Below, piece after piece: positions 53,096 to 64,000 of a stretch of 64,000 nucleotides of DNA. The translations under genes were made by a program, and so were the position numbers. Source of the stretch: Callorhinchus milii (Eukaryota); NCBI RefSeq assembly GCF_018977255.1, contig NW_024704743.1:14572001-14636000 (forward strand), in the 5' to 3' direction. The notes below the pieces were generated by a model. That model made no database searches. It was not told where the DNA came from and was given only the letters and a program-made list of their open reading frames with translations. Within the stretch, counting starts at the first letter, position 1. Each line of letters opens with the position of its first letter.

Positions 53096-54327
53096 TAGGA
53101 TAAAATACAGCTTACATTTTGTATTTGAAAGGCTATTTTGAGTTCCAGATGAAACTCAATTACACAATGAGTTAAAAAGCCAGCATGATTTTTTAGCTGA
53201 GTTATTAAACATTTATATTCATTTACAGACAACTGTAGTGTAGGAATAAAAATCCAGAGCTAGAACTTCAAATGCAAAAAGCAGACTGCACACACCTCAT
53301 CATAAATCTGTATTGCAAGCTTATAAACTAGAATGTTTTTGAAATGTTGCTACACCAAGCTTTAAACAATTTTATACAAGGCACGTTTTGCATGAATTCC
53401 CGAGATAAATAAAGCCCAATTTAGAAGTTGGTGATCAGACATATTCTAGATGGCAAAACAGTTATTAGAAATAAATCTACCTTTCGGGCGTCAATAGCTA
53501 ATGGTGACCAATTTTGAGGGTGTCTTAATGTTTAAAACACTTTGTAGGATAAATGCTTTTATTAACTACTACATATAGAGATGCTTATAATGAATCATAT
53601 TTGTAGCAAATGCATGGAAATTGGAATAGAATGAATCATAATTTGCATACTTCCAAGCACGTCTTGGTTAAGAAATAGATCTATTGATTTAATTTCAACA
53701 AACAAATGTAACAATTAATGTAATCAATACTGCAAAGCTATTATATTGTTAAAAGGGTCTCATTGCTGTCAAATCTAGGGTACATGGATTTTTTTTTGCT
53801 TAGATTTCAGATTTTATAATTTATGATTCTGTACATTTTTAGCATAGTTTAAATCATTTATTTAGCACATTGTTTAAGACCAGAAAACAAAATATCTGAA
53901 TAAATGGAGAAGCATAGAAGTTACAGATTTAAATGCACACCAATCGTCTCAGAATTCTGTCTTCTTGAATAAAAGTAATGACTTATAGCATTGACATTTT
54001 ACAACATGGAAATGTTGTTTTAGGAACCCCAAACCCAATCCATTAATAAAAAAATTATTGTTACTTAATTTCACAAAAACAATGAGAAAAGACCGTGATC
54101 TTTATTTAACTCTGCTGATCTGAAAATCGCTTCCCAATGACCTATGCATGTAGGTTTATGATACAGTAGAATTTAAGCACACCTGTGGTATGAATTCAAC
54201 ATGGGTGATGATTAGATAACATACAATATTTTGAAAACAATTAACAATGCCACTGATTCATATGCAGCTTGAAAACATTCCTCTGCCCGTATAATCCAAA
54301 AAGCAACCTACTAGAAAGGAAAGTTAC

Positions 54328-54494
54328 CTTCGGTATGGGTCTTCGGTGATGGTTGATGCTTTCTATCTGATGCTGTTCACTTGCGAGATCAACACGGCTG
54401 AACAATAACAAAGCGAGTCCCATGTCCTCATCAACAGTCCAAAATGACGACCTCCATGTTGTTCCCAAAGAGGATCTGATGGACCACCATCAAC
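54328..54494 (-). other. ARPP21: Probable non-coding 5'UTR exon of ARPP21 (167 nt) carrying upstream AUGs
   Basis: Strong acceptor ctattatttttgtcattctttcag|GTTG and donor AAG|gtaact. Unique non-repeat sequence 7 kb upstream of the ATG exon, which itself starts with an acceptor and so needs an upstream exon. Confidence 0.65.
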
Positions 54495-55804
54495 CTGAAA
54501 GAATGACAAAAATAATAGGAGGGTTAAAGAAAGACAGAATACAGTCAGGTCTCCTGCACTAGTGACCTGCTTGAAGCAAATCTGCTTCACAGTTTGAATT
54601 AGCTCCACCTGTCTCAAACTGCTTGCTGCCTCTCTAATAAAGGCACAGAACGGCTGTTCAATCATAGCAGCTCCTACGCAAAGAGCTAAATTTAACAAAT
54701 ATTTTACATCGAAAGATTACGCATTTCTACTTGTATGCTGCTGCTTCCATTGAAGTGCTTGTAAGAAGGAACGTATCTGTGTAATGATCACCTAACTTGA
54801 AATAGAATCCTTTTTAGCACTCAAAGCTTCTCCAGGCACATTAAATCATTTCCATCAGTTTTCTACAATTACAGTATTCTTGCATCATACAATACTTTGA
54901 CAGATAATTCTCGGGTATGAAATTTTGTTCACGCCCACTTTACCAAGTATAAAAGGTCTTAGAGTGTACATAAAAAGTAATGAATGAATGCTCTTTGCCA
55001 CTATGTTGCTAGAATAACAAGTATCACTAACAACATAAAATGACCACAAAGAACTTACAAGTCATTTACAAGTCATATGGGTCATCCACAGCAGCACAAA
55101 ACCATGTAACTTTGTCACAGATCCTCGATTTTCAGTATCGAAACTTAGAGCATTAGATACACTGATTTGACTACAACTGACTTGAGCACTTCCAATTTGG
55201 CCACAATCAGTGCAGCAAACCGAATGCCTGGCATTCACAGGAATTGCTGTGCATAAACAAGGCTGTGGAATCAAACTTTTAAGAATAAAATTATCAATAT
55301 GTTGTTTCAAATCATCTGCTTTAAACAATACTTTTGAAGCTATTTTGACTTTCCTGTTAAACACCGCACTGTAACAGGCCTGAAGCAATTTGCAGTATAA
55401 ATTAAGAGTCAACATTCATTTATAGTTATGCACAGTTCACGACTTGCTCACAAAACCTCTAACAGTTTGCTTACAAACATGAATCATAGTCATTGAGAGG
55501 AATGACTGAGAATAGAATCATTAATGGTGGGTACAATGTGACGTTTTTCGGTTGAACTAACACCTTTCGGTATTCAATCCATTTGTAATCACATTGTGTG
55601 AACAACTGGTCAGACACTATCAAGATAGGAAAGACAACAACTATCCAGAACAAAAGAAATCCGTTTTGCCACCATTTTTTATTACAGCACTTTGACTTGT
55701 TACTACTGCAGCAAGCTGAATACAACAATATCTAGATATATTACATACATGTTACAAACACTGCCAAGATCTGTTTGTTACTAAAACAAACATTAAAATA
55801 ATAA

Positions 55805-55925
55805 AAATAATAACAATAATAATCTTGCATTTGATATAGAGTCTTATCACGTCGTTGAGGTGGCTGAAAGTGCTTCACAGAATATATTGTCAAGTGGATT
55901 GACTGTTTTTTGTGGGTAAAACAAC
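55805..55925 (-). mobile_element. Deu SINE 3' fragment
   Basis: aataatcttgcatttgatatag...tgtgggtaaaac. Confidence 0.75.
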
Positions 55926-56439
55926 ACTAAAAATATATCAAAATATATACTAAAAATATATGTTAACAGAAGCTTGAGTTTAAAATAATGAATGTGCATG
56001 TTTAGTACAACGCAGAACAAACACTTTGGGTGGTTAATAATAAAATCCATTTCTAGCTACCATCCGATCGATGACTCATCTTCAATGACAAGTCTCTCTC
56101 ACATTGAATAGGTCAGGGAACTCAGAAGTTCCTTCAAAAATCTTCCTAATGCATTTACAGTGTGAAAAACATTAACAAAAAAAAGTTGACATTCAGTGAC
56201 AAATCAGGAATAAGGACCACCCTTACAGTACAGATACTGAAGCCAGTTAGACAACATACTGTGCAAATATCTGCTAGAACATGAGTCATCTTACAAATAT
56301 TCATTCTGTACTGTGGGGAAGAATCATACGTAAGATGTAATAAAGAAATCCATAACAGTGGGGTAACAACTTAAATGGGAGCAAAATGGTCTCATTCGTC
56401 AGGAAACAAGGGACATTTTTTGGACTGAGAATGAAACAA

Positions 56440-57255
56440 AATTACTCTCTCAACCACTCACCCCTGTCTTTGTATCTCAATCACTCGCTCTCTCTTTTTC
56501 TCTCACACACTTTTTCGCACCCACTTTCTCCCCCTCTCTCACACGCTCTCTTGTATACATGTTACAAACACTGCCAAGTGAATCTGTTTGCTACTAAAAG
56601 AAACATTAAAATAATGATAATTTTGCATTTGATACAGCACCTTATTAATTATTCTCTTACTCCCCCCCTCTCACACCCTCTCTTCCCCCACACACTCTCC
56701 CTCCTCTCTCAATCACTCTTTCCTTCCACCCTCTCTCTTTCCCTCCCTCTTTCTGAAATACTCTATCACTCCCTTTCTCTCCCCCACAAAGACTCTCTTT
56801 CCCCTCTCACACTCTCTCTCTCTTTATGTCACCCTCCTTATCCCTGATTCTTTTTCTTCCCCGCTCACTCACGCTCTCTCTCTTGTCCTCTATCTATCAA
56901 TCACTCTCTGTCAATCACTCTCTCCCCCTCTCACACACTCTCTTTCCCTCTCTCAATTACTCTCTCACTCCCACTCTCTCCGACTCTCTCTCATTCACTC
57001 TCTCTGCTCTCTCCCACCCTCTCCGCTTCTTTCTCTTCCCCCACTCCCTCACACTCTCTCTCGAGAAGAATCTCTCTTTCTCCCCCTCGCCAATCACTCT
57101 CTCAATCACTCCATTTCAATCACTCTCTCCCTCGCCCTCTCACTCTCTTTCCCTCTCTCAATTACTCTCTCTCACTCCCCCTCTCTCCCACTCTCTCTCA
57201 ATCACTATCTCTCTCTTCCTCCGTTTTTTTCCTCTCCCCTTCTCTGTCGATCACT
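56440..57255. repeat. CT-rich degenerate minisatellite (recurrent ctctctcaatcactctc unit)
   Basis: About 800 nt of near-pure pyrimidine on the + strand with repeated tcaatcactc/tcaattactc units. Confidence 0.9.
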
Positions 57256-57611
57256 CGGCCCGAGACCATTTCCAACTTCGGGCCTTCTGCTCAATCCCTC
57301 CTCAGCGAACCATCCTCTCATGGCAGAGGCAGGAGTCGGCTGTTGGTAAGGACGCGGTGGATAATGAGATCTGCTTGACTTCTCCTCAGCTTGGGAGGGA
57401 CGCCCTGACAGACTGCAGCAATAGGCTGCTATTATTTCCATTTCCCACACGCGCCATGTCCTCCCAAACAGCAGCTCCTGCCGCTGCTAAGAAACCACGG
57501 TTCCCCAGGAGGGAGAGAACGGGCCGGCCTGAAGTTGGAAATGGCCTTGGGCCGGATTAAACCATTCCCCGGGCCGGATGCAGCCCATGGGCCTCCTGTT
57601 GGACCACACTG
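57256..57611. mobile_element. hAT (Charlie/Buster-type) non-autonomous element, right end
   Basis: Terminus reads CAGTGTGGTCCAAC..GGCCCATGGGCTGCATCCGGCCC on the minus strand, flanked by tctTAgac (nnnTAnnn target). Internal 29-bp inverted repeat 57256-57284 / 57526-57554 (26/29). Confidence 0.65.
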
Positions 57612-57634
57612 TCTTAGACTATGTAATTCCAAGT

Positions 57635-57705
57635 TCCGTCGTGGGGCTTGAACCTGCACCCTCTGATTTAGAGGCGAGAGTGATACCATTGAGCCAAGCT
57701 GACAC
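57635..57705 (-). mobile_element. tRNA-like head of an old SacSINE1-like SINE
   Basis: gtgtcagcttggctcaatggtatcactctcgcctctaaatcagagggtgcaggttcaagccccac on the minus strand. Confidence 0.7.
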
Positions 57706-58391
57706 ACATTAATAATCTCTTTCTATCAATCACTGAGAAAAGGAGAAAAAGACCTGAAGACAGCTCCAAAGCAAGTGTATAAAGTAATAATAATCCTTGC
57801 ATTTGATACAGCATCTGACCTCACATCGGCGAGACGTCTAAAAGCACTTCATAGGATTGACTATATATTTTGTGGGCAAAACGCCCACAAAGGTATGTTG
57901 TAAGAAAGGAGAAAATCAAATTATATTCCTCAAACAATGTTGTTGGATCAACTGAAAAATGTATTATTTTGTCATATTCAAACTATCCAACTTTTGATTA
58001 ACAATATAACTTACATTTATATAGCTGCTTTCACATTGGGAGGACGATTCAAAACACTCAACCAAACAACGGTTCGAATAAGTTGTATGAAGGAGGATGT
58101 CCATGGATTGAAATTGCAATCTAAACTTCTTTCAACCTGCCTGGGATCGGATTTAATACAATTATTTACGCCACATGATATATATATATATTTCAGTAAA
58201 TGGAAATGCTTTTGTATTATCCATGGAAAAGCTTAGCTCTAAAGTAGGTATTTAATATCGGAGTATTTCTATAGTAAGCTCCAAGTCATCTTCGGATACA
58301 CTAAATGATGGGATAGTAATCTGAAAAATGGATCATGCACTGCAGAAGGATTTTTGATTTATGACATCAAAGCAGCAAAGCGAATCTATCT

Positions 58392-58748
58392 GGCGTCCCG
58401 TAGAGTATTGGTTAGAGCACTCGCCAGAGGACCCACGTTCATTTCCCGGGCAGGGCAAAACCTTAGGCATGTTTCCTTACGCTACACGCTTCTATTTTCC
58501 TTGGAGTAAATAGGAACCCAGTTGTTAGTCAATTGGCGGATCACTAATAATAATCCCTCCAAAACCAAACAAACAAAAATTTGGTCACTCAATCCACGAC
58601 TGTTTTTAGGAGACTGCTGTACGCAATTGGTAGCTGCATTTCACCCACAAAATACACAGCCAATTCACTTTACAGTAATATTCTGTGAAGCCCTTTGAGG
58701 TGTCTCAAGGATGTGATAAGGTGCTATATCAAATGCAAGGATTATTCT
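58392..58748 (+). mobile_element. tRNA-derived Deu SINE, long subfamily
   Basis: Decayed head, insert ggagtaaataggaacccagttgttagtcaattggcg, Deu core and tail. Confidence 0.9.
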
Positions 58749-59293
58749 TATTTTTATCTAAAATAATAGTGATGAGTATTCAAGGTTATCTTAACTTGAA
58801 AGGACTAATATTCAGGTCTTCATAAGGCTTGAGGTGAAAGCTCTACCTCCAAGGATTTGACTGTTAAGAAATAGACATCGATTTTAAGATAACTATCTTC
58901 CTTTTCAATTATCAATTATTCATGTTTGTAACAAGGTTTTAAGCAAACTGAGAATGTTGTCATAAAATGCTGCAACCTGGTCTATTTAGCTATTCTTTTC
59001 AAGTTAATTTACACTATAACAACGCTATATTTTGTAGCTTCATTTACGAGAACAATTTGATTATTCCTTCGTGCAAGAGGAACGTCCTAGAGTGATGATC
59101 TACATCGTACAATGCTTTGGCTACATTTGCAGATAATTGAAAATTCAATACCGGAGTTCTGTAGGAGGGAGATAGGCAGAGATTGGAGAACAGATCATCT
59201 TCTCTGTTAGACTGGGAATGGCTGGCAGTAGCTAGTGATCTTTTCTTTACAAAAACACAGGAATGAAAATAAATAGGAAAATTATATATGCTT

Positions 59294-59461
59294 CCAGCGC
59301 CTTGGGACGTCCTCCCGACATGAAATGTAATTTTGTTGTCGTTGTTATGTTTTCTACCATTTCGCCCAAAAATATCTAGTCAATTCACTTTACAGTATAA
59401 TCTATGAAGTGCTTTGAGAAATCTTAAATATGTGATAAGGCGCTATATCAAATGCAAGGAC

Positions 59462-59493
<32 letters not shown>
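59294..59493 (+). mobile_element. L2 tail followed by Deu SINE 3' fragment with (TAT)10 microsatellite
   Basis: ccagcgccttgggacgtcctcccgacatgaaa, then ttcgcccaaaaa...atcaaatgcaaggac(tat)n. Confidence 0.8.
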
Positions 59494-59494
<1 letters not shown>

Positions 59495-60461
59495 CATATT
59501 CAGATCACTGAATTTATATTATCTTTTTATAAAGGAAATAAATATTTGTTGGCAATGTGTCCGATAGATCCAACTTCAATGTTGGATCTATCTTAAGCTT
59601 CTCCAAACTTAAGTTGCACTGGGATAACAGTTATGAAGTGCTGGCTAATTTTCAGGTGCTTAGAAATGCCAGGTTTTGTTTGCCCAAACAAATAAAGTTA
59701 GAGACCAAGAATCGTGGGGGAGGGGGTTGGAGCAGAGAAAGAGAATTTAACGTGATGATTGTCACTGGTGACAATAATTATCACAGGTATTGAATTGGCG
59801 ATCATTATTATCTCATGATTAACAACTGGCTTGAGGCTGAAAACCTTTCCAACTTTGGGAAATGGTTTTTCCTTTCAGTCCTTTCAGCAATGTATTGCTG
59901 CATTTTTCTTAAAACCATGTAATCGAATTTAATTGTTTTTTATTCTAACTTCAGTTTTTGTTTTATAATTATTTGGAGACGAGTATCTCGCAAAGAAGAG
60001 CGAAATTCAATTTAAGATTTTTCAGAGTGGTCAACAGAAAATGATTGAAATGTAAAGTATACGGGAATGGAAATATCATTATGAACCCAAAGGGCCCCAC
60101 GTTCATCTATTTTATAAGTCTGTCCTTTTCTTAAAGGAGAATGATGTATAGAGACAATTCAGGTTTAAGTAAGAGGAGCAAAAAAAAACATGAGCCTCAT
60201 CACAATGCCCAAAGGAATCAGAAGAGCGAGGTCTTATTCAGCACAGTGAGAAATAGCCTGTGTTATTCATCACAACAATGTTCCATTTGAACACTCCAGA
60301 AATGAAGGGCAGAAGAACAATAGCATTCAATAATATTAGTCATTTCTAGAATTATTGTTATAGATAGTTATGGTTCAGAGAGGGAAAAAAAATACCTTTT
60401 TAGAAATATGAATGCAAATACAAAAATAGAACTGAAGCTTAACATGCTTTATCATAGGTTT

Positions 60462-60571
60462 TATCGCCCACAAAATACACTATCAATCCACTTTACAGTA
60501 TATTCTGTGAAGTGCTTTGAGACGTGTCTAAAACGTGATAAGGCATTATATCCAATGCAAGGATTATTATT
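60462..60571 (+). mobile_element. Deu SINE 3' fragment
   Basis: cgcccacaaaatacac...aatgcaaggattattatt. Confidence 0.8.
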
Positions 60572-61104
60572 TACCAGAAGTCTAATCATGCTTTAACCAC
60601 TTTTGGTGAGTTCATATTTACTAGCTCTTGGAACTCCAGCAAATATCCCAAGTTCGACAGAAGACTGATTCATGTATATTAATACTGCATTATAGTTAAT
60701 TCCCAAATGGCTTTTTACTTGCTGTGAACTGTTAAAGGCGACTCAATATCTTAATGCTAATGACATGCTCGGCTAGAATATAATTTTAGGTTTTAAAACT
60801 GTAAAATGAAAGCGGGAAACTAATGCAGCCTTCAGTTGTGTGCAAAAGACTTTTTTCTGACACAGATATGTGCTGTATGTGGTATACTTGTGAAGGCTAT
60901 ATCATCAGGTTATTAGTTTTAAGTGCATAGGGAAAGGGGACATTATCATGCACTACATTTTTTCTTTTGATTATTATGAATTGATTTTATTGTACAATTC
61001 ATTTTTAAGAAAACAAAAAAATCCACTTCTCTAAACCAGAATAAAAATGTTTTCTAATNAAAAATATTTCAACTAATTTTGTTTGAATTATTTTATTATT
61101 TAAA

Positions 61105-61838
61105 GATGGAAGCCATATTCCTTGGCTCACGTCAATGTCTTCTCACCTGTGGCTCCATACTCCTTAATCTCCCTGACCTATCCCTCAGACATACTGAACC
61201 CGTGCGTATCCGAGATGTCAGGTTGGATCCCCAACTGTCCTTCCTACCGCACATCAAGTCTCTGACGAGGACCGCTCCCCTCTACCTCCACCACACTGCC
61301 CGCCTCTGATCGTACCTCACACCTAATACAACTGAAGCCCTTATCCACACATTCGTCACTTCTCAGCTTGATTATTCCAATCCCCTCCTCGCTGGTCTCC
61401 TCAGCTCCACTATTCATTAAATCCAATTCATTGAAAACTCTGCTGTCTGTATCCTCTCCCACACCAAACTCTATACCCCCATCGCGCAGTCCACTAGCTT
61501 CCTATTACCGAACAGATCTATTACAAGATCCTCACATTCACATGCCAACTATTCCATGCCCTGGTACCTCCCTACCTCTCTGACCTGCTTACTCCCCACT
61601 CCACCACCTGCTTTTGCTTAGCTAATCCTTTCCCATTCTCCATCGGTGGCTGTGCTTTCAGCCACTAAGCCCTGAAACTATGGAATTCTCTGCCTCAGTA
61701 CTTCTGGCTTCACTCCTTCTTCCCCATCTCCAGAACACACCAGAAGACATTCCTCCTCTCCTCGGCTCAGTGTCAAGCTCTGCTGTTGTTATGTGCTCTG
61801 AGATGTTACCCGGCTATATAAATGCAAGTTTTTATTGT
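61105..61838 (+). mobile_element. L2-type LINE ORF2 C-terminus, frameshifted
   Basis: KMEAIFLGSRQ...VRIRDVRLDPQLSFLPHIKSL...LIHTFVTSQLDYSNPLLAG...LWNSLP and tail gctatataaatgcaagtt. Confidence 0.9.
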
Positions 61839-64000
61839 ATCTAAAAAAAAAATTCTTGTTAATTTTCCATTTGGCTTCTGTGAACAGGGCTTGGAGCACT
61901 TCAGTAACAGAGAGAGTGACATAAGCTACATTGAACTACTGCATCCTTTGCTGATGAAAATGGGCTCCATTGAATAGGTTGAGAATGAGAAGACATTATA
62001 CGTTCTCCTCTCTTCCATAAATGTATTTTAATTCAAACAAGTTTCCTCTCTATACTATATCTCTTTCTGCCTTTTAGTTTTCATTTCAGCCTTTAAGAGT
62101 TCCAAAGTACAACAGAAATAAGGTAAAATAAAAGTATAGAATGTGTTTTGCACAAGAGATATTGATAAAATCTATTGTACATTTTGAAACTACTGGAGCT
62201 GCTAAGAAATGACTAGGAACGTATCCAAAGAGGATGATAAAGGTGCAACAACAACAACTTGCGCCCTTTACACTGAGTCATGTCTTGGAGCACTTAAGTG
62301 CAACATTTCATAAAGAACTGAAAGTAGTGTGGAGAAAGGAGAGCTTTCTGAGAAGTGCAAAATGCTAAGATCAAAATCACATAGAAAATACTCTAGAAGA
62401 ATGTCAGAAACTGGCTGGAAAACAAACAACTTCAGCAAGACACTGACAATATCTTTCTGGCTGAATTGTAATCCAGTTATCTTCAAAATTTCTTTCATGT
62501 ATGCCAATTAATGTTGAAACCTTAAAATACATGGAAACAACAATCACAAGAGCCAGTATTTGACACAAAACAAAGCCTTCCCTTGCAAAATTTGCGAAAA
62601 GTGTGAATGTTGGCTTTAAAAACTGCTGAATTACAAAATAGAAAATAGCTTACAGTTTTTTTTCCCCCAGTTTCATCTCTGGTAAGAAATAATGAATAGG
62701 TCAGAAAGGTTGAACAATTACCTCCAAATAGCACACACTTTCAATATACTGCGGCAAAAAACTTTCCAGCCTTGCAGGAACATTTAATAAGATTCCAGAC
62801 AAGACAATGATGGTGTTCAGCTCCAGATGTATTAAGATCTCTCAAATGAATTAGAAGTTTGTTTTCCATATCATTTTAAGCAACTTTACTTTTTTATGAA
62901 CACCAGCAGTGGTGTTCCCAAGTCTGAGCTCTTACCAATCTATGGCTAAACTCTGGGAAACGATAAAGAAGGGTGGCCTCTCTGGGAAAAGAGAATGCGT
63001 ACTCATACCTATAAGTCTCAGAGAGACAAATTCAAAGCATACCTAGGGGGAATTCTCAGTAGTTTTGTTTGGAGATTTAAGCATGGCGGTAAATTTGGTG
63101 TACATCAGATTCCCCATTGACCAAAAGAAATTAATTAATTTACACAGAGCCCCAGGTCTCCTTCCAGCCTGCACGATTCCTGCATGAAGATAAACAACCA
63201 AATCTAATCCTAGTCTTCACAAGATTAGTTCAGATTAAGAAGATCCCATCGTCCTTACAGAATACCCATTGAATCATCTTCTCATCACAGCATCAAAGAA
63301 CCATAGACAATGAAGGATGCGATTCAGTCTATCAGGTCTACACCAAAAGAGCAAGCAGTTCATTCAGTACCACTACCCTAACCCCATACCTATTCAAATC
63401 GTTATTTTCATATACCACTTACAGTCAGAAGGACAACCTATCAAATCCGTACAACCTATCAAATCTGTACAGAGTTTGCAGCATCAAGTTTTTTTTAAAG
63501 TGAGTCTAGTGTCCTGTTCTCTTGTTCTGCTGTAATGATACATTATAAAGTATGTTTCTGGATTTATTTTAAATTCTGCTGCCACTCTTTTCAACTCATT
63601 CACCAGGAGATATACACAAGTACTGTGTTCTGACTCCTTCAATTGGATTTGTGTTGATGACTTAACTTGAATCCAAAAGTGACTCCAGCTTCCCATGTCT
63701 GCCCACTATTCACCCAATCAATCTCAAACCCTCTCCTGGTTAGAGATCACAAAAAGGACTGAATGAAGAAGTGTCCTTTGCTCATTTTATCTCATTCTTC
63801 CAGAACATCCTACAGGCTTTCCAAAATAGGGAACACAGTGGGAGATCGGATAATCAAGGTTTCACTGTACCTTAAACTATATGCAATTGAGATCCTTAGA
63901 CTAAACAGCAGTGAATTGGAATCCTGATCATTTTATTTTGCATGATCCTGAATATTTAGCACTATATTTGGGCATATGCCTACAAAATACACTGTCACTC

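Noticed and set aside
56386..57560. 153-aa and 244-aa ORFs
   Set aside because: S/L/P/H-rich products of the CT repeat and MITE; no coding signal.
61059..61059. Single N base
   Set aside because: Ambiguous base call or tiny gap in the assembly; no biological meaning.
63434..63470. Short tandem duplications (18-mer here; also near 12427, 7509 and 27308)
   Set aside because: Two-copy slippage duplications with no spacers; not CRISPR-like and with no sign of function.

Overview
AT-rich vertebrate genomic DNA. The SINE/LINE repertoire points to a cartilaginous fish, probably a chimaera such as Callorhinchus (inference). The window holds the 5' and middle part of one multi-exon gene on the minus strand, ARPP21 (the R3H + SUZ RNA-binding protein, paralogue of R3HDM1/2). 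I traced 16 coding exons with GT-AG boundaries and consistent phases from the ATG at 47316 down to 4746 (1998 nt, 666 codons), plus a likely non-coding leader exon at 54328-54494. The last coding exons, the intron that normally hosts miR-128-2, and the promoter appear to lie outside the window. Introns contain tRNA-Ala-derived Deu-type SINEs, L2 and CR1 3' fragments, small MITEs and a dead, rearranged Ginger2/KRBA2-like DDE integrase element. I found no new multi-gene system. The most interesting observations are: (1) a three-frame uORF cassette whose last uORF overlaps the main start; (2) Ala in place of the mammalian PKA serine; (3) young inverted SINEs bracketing the R3H exons; (4) a permuted integrase relic; (5) apparent SINE tail succession with a conserved stem-loop. 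All family assignments come from recalled sequences, not database searches.
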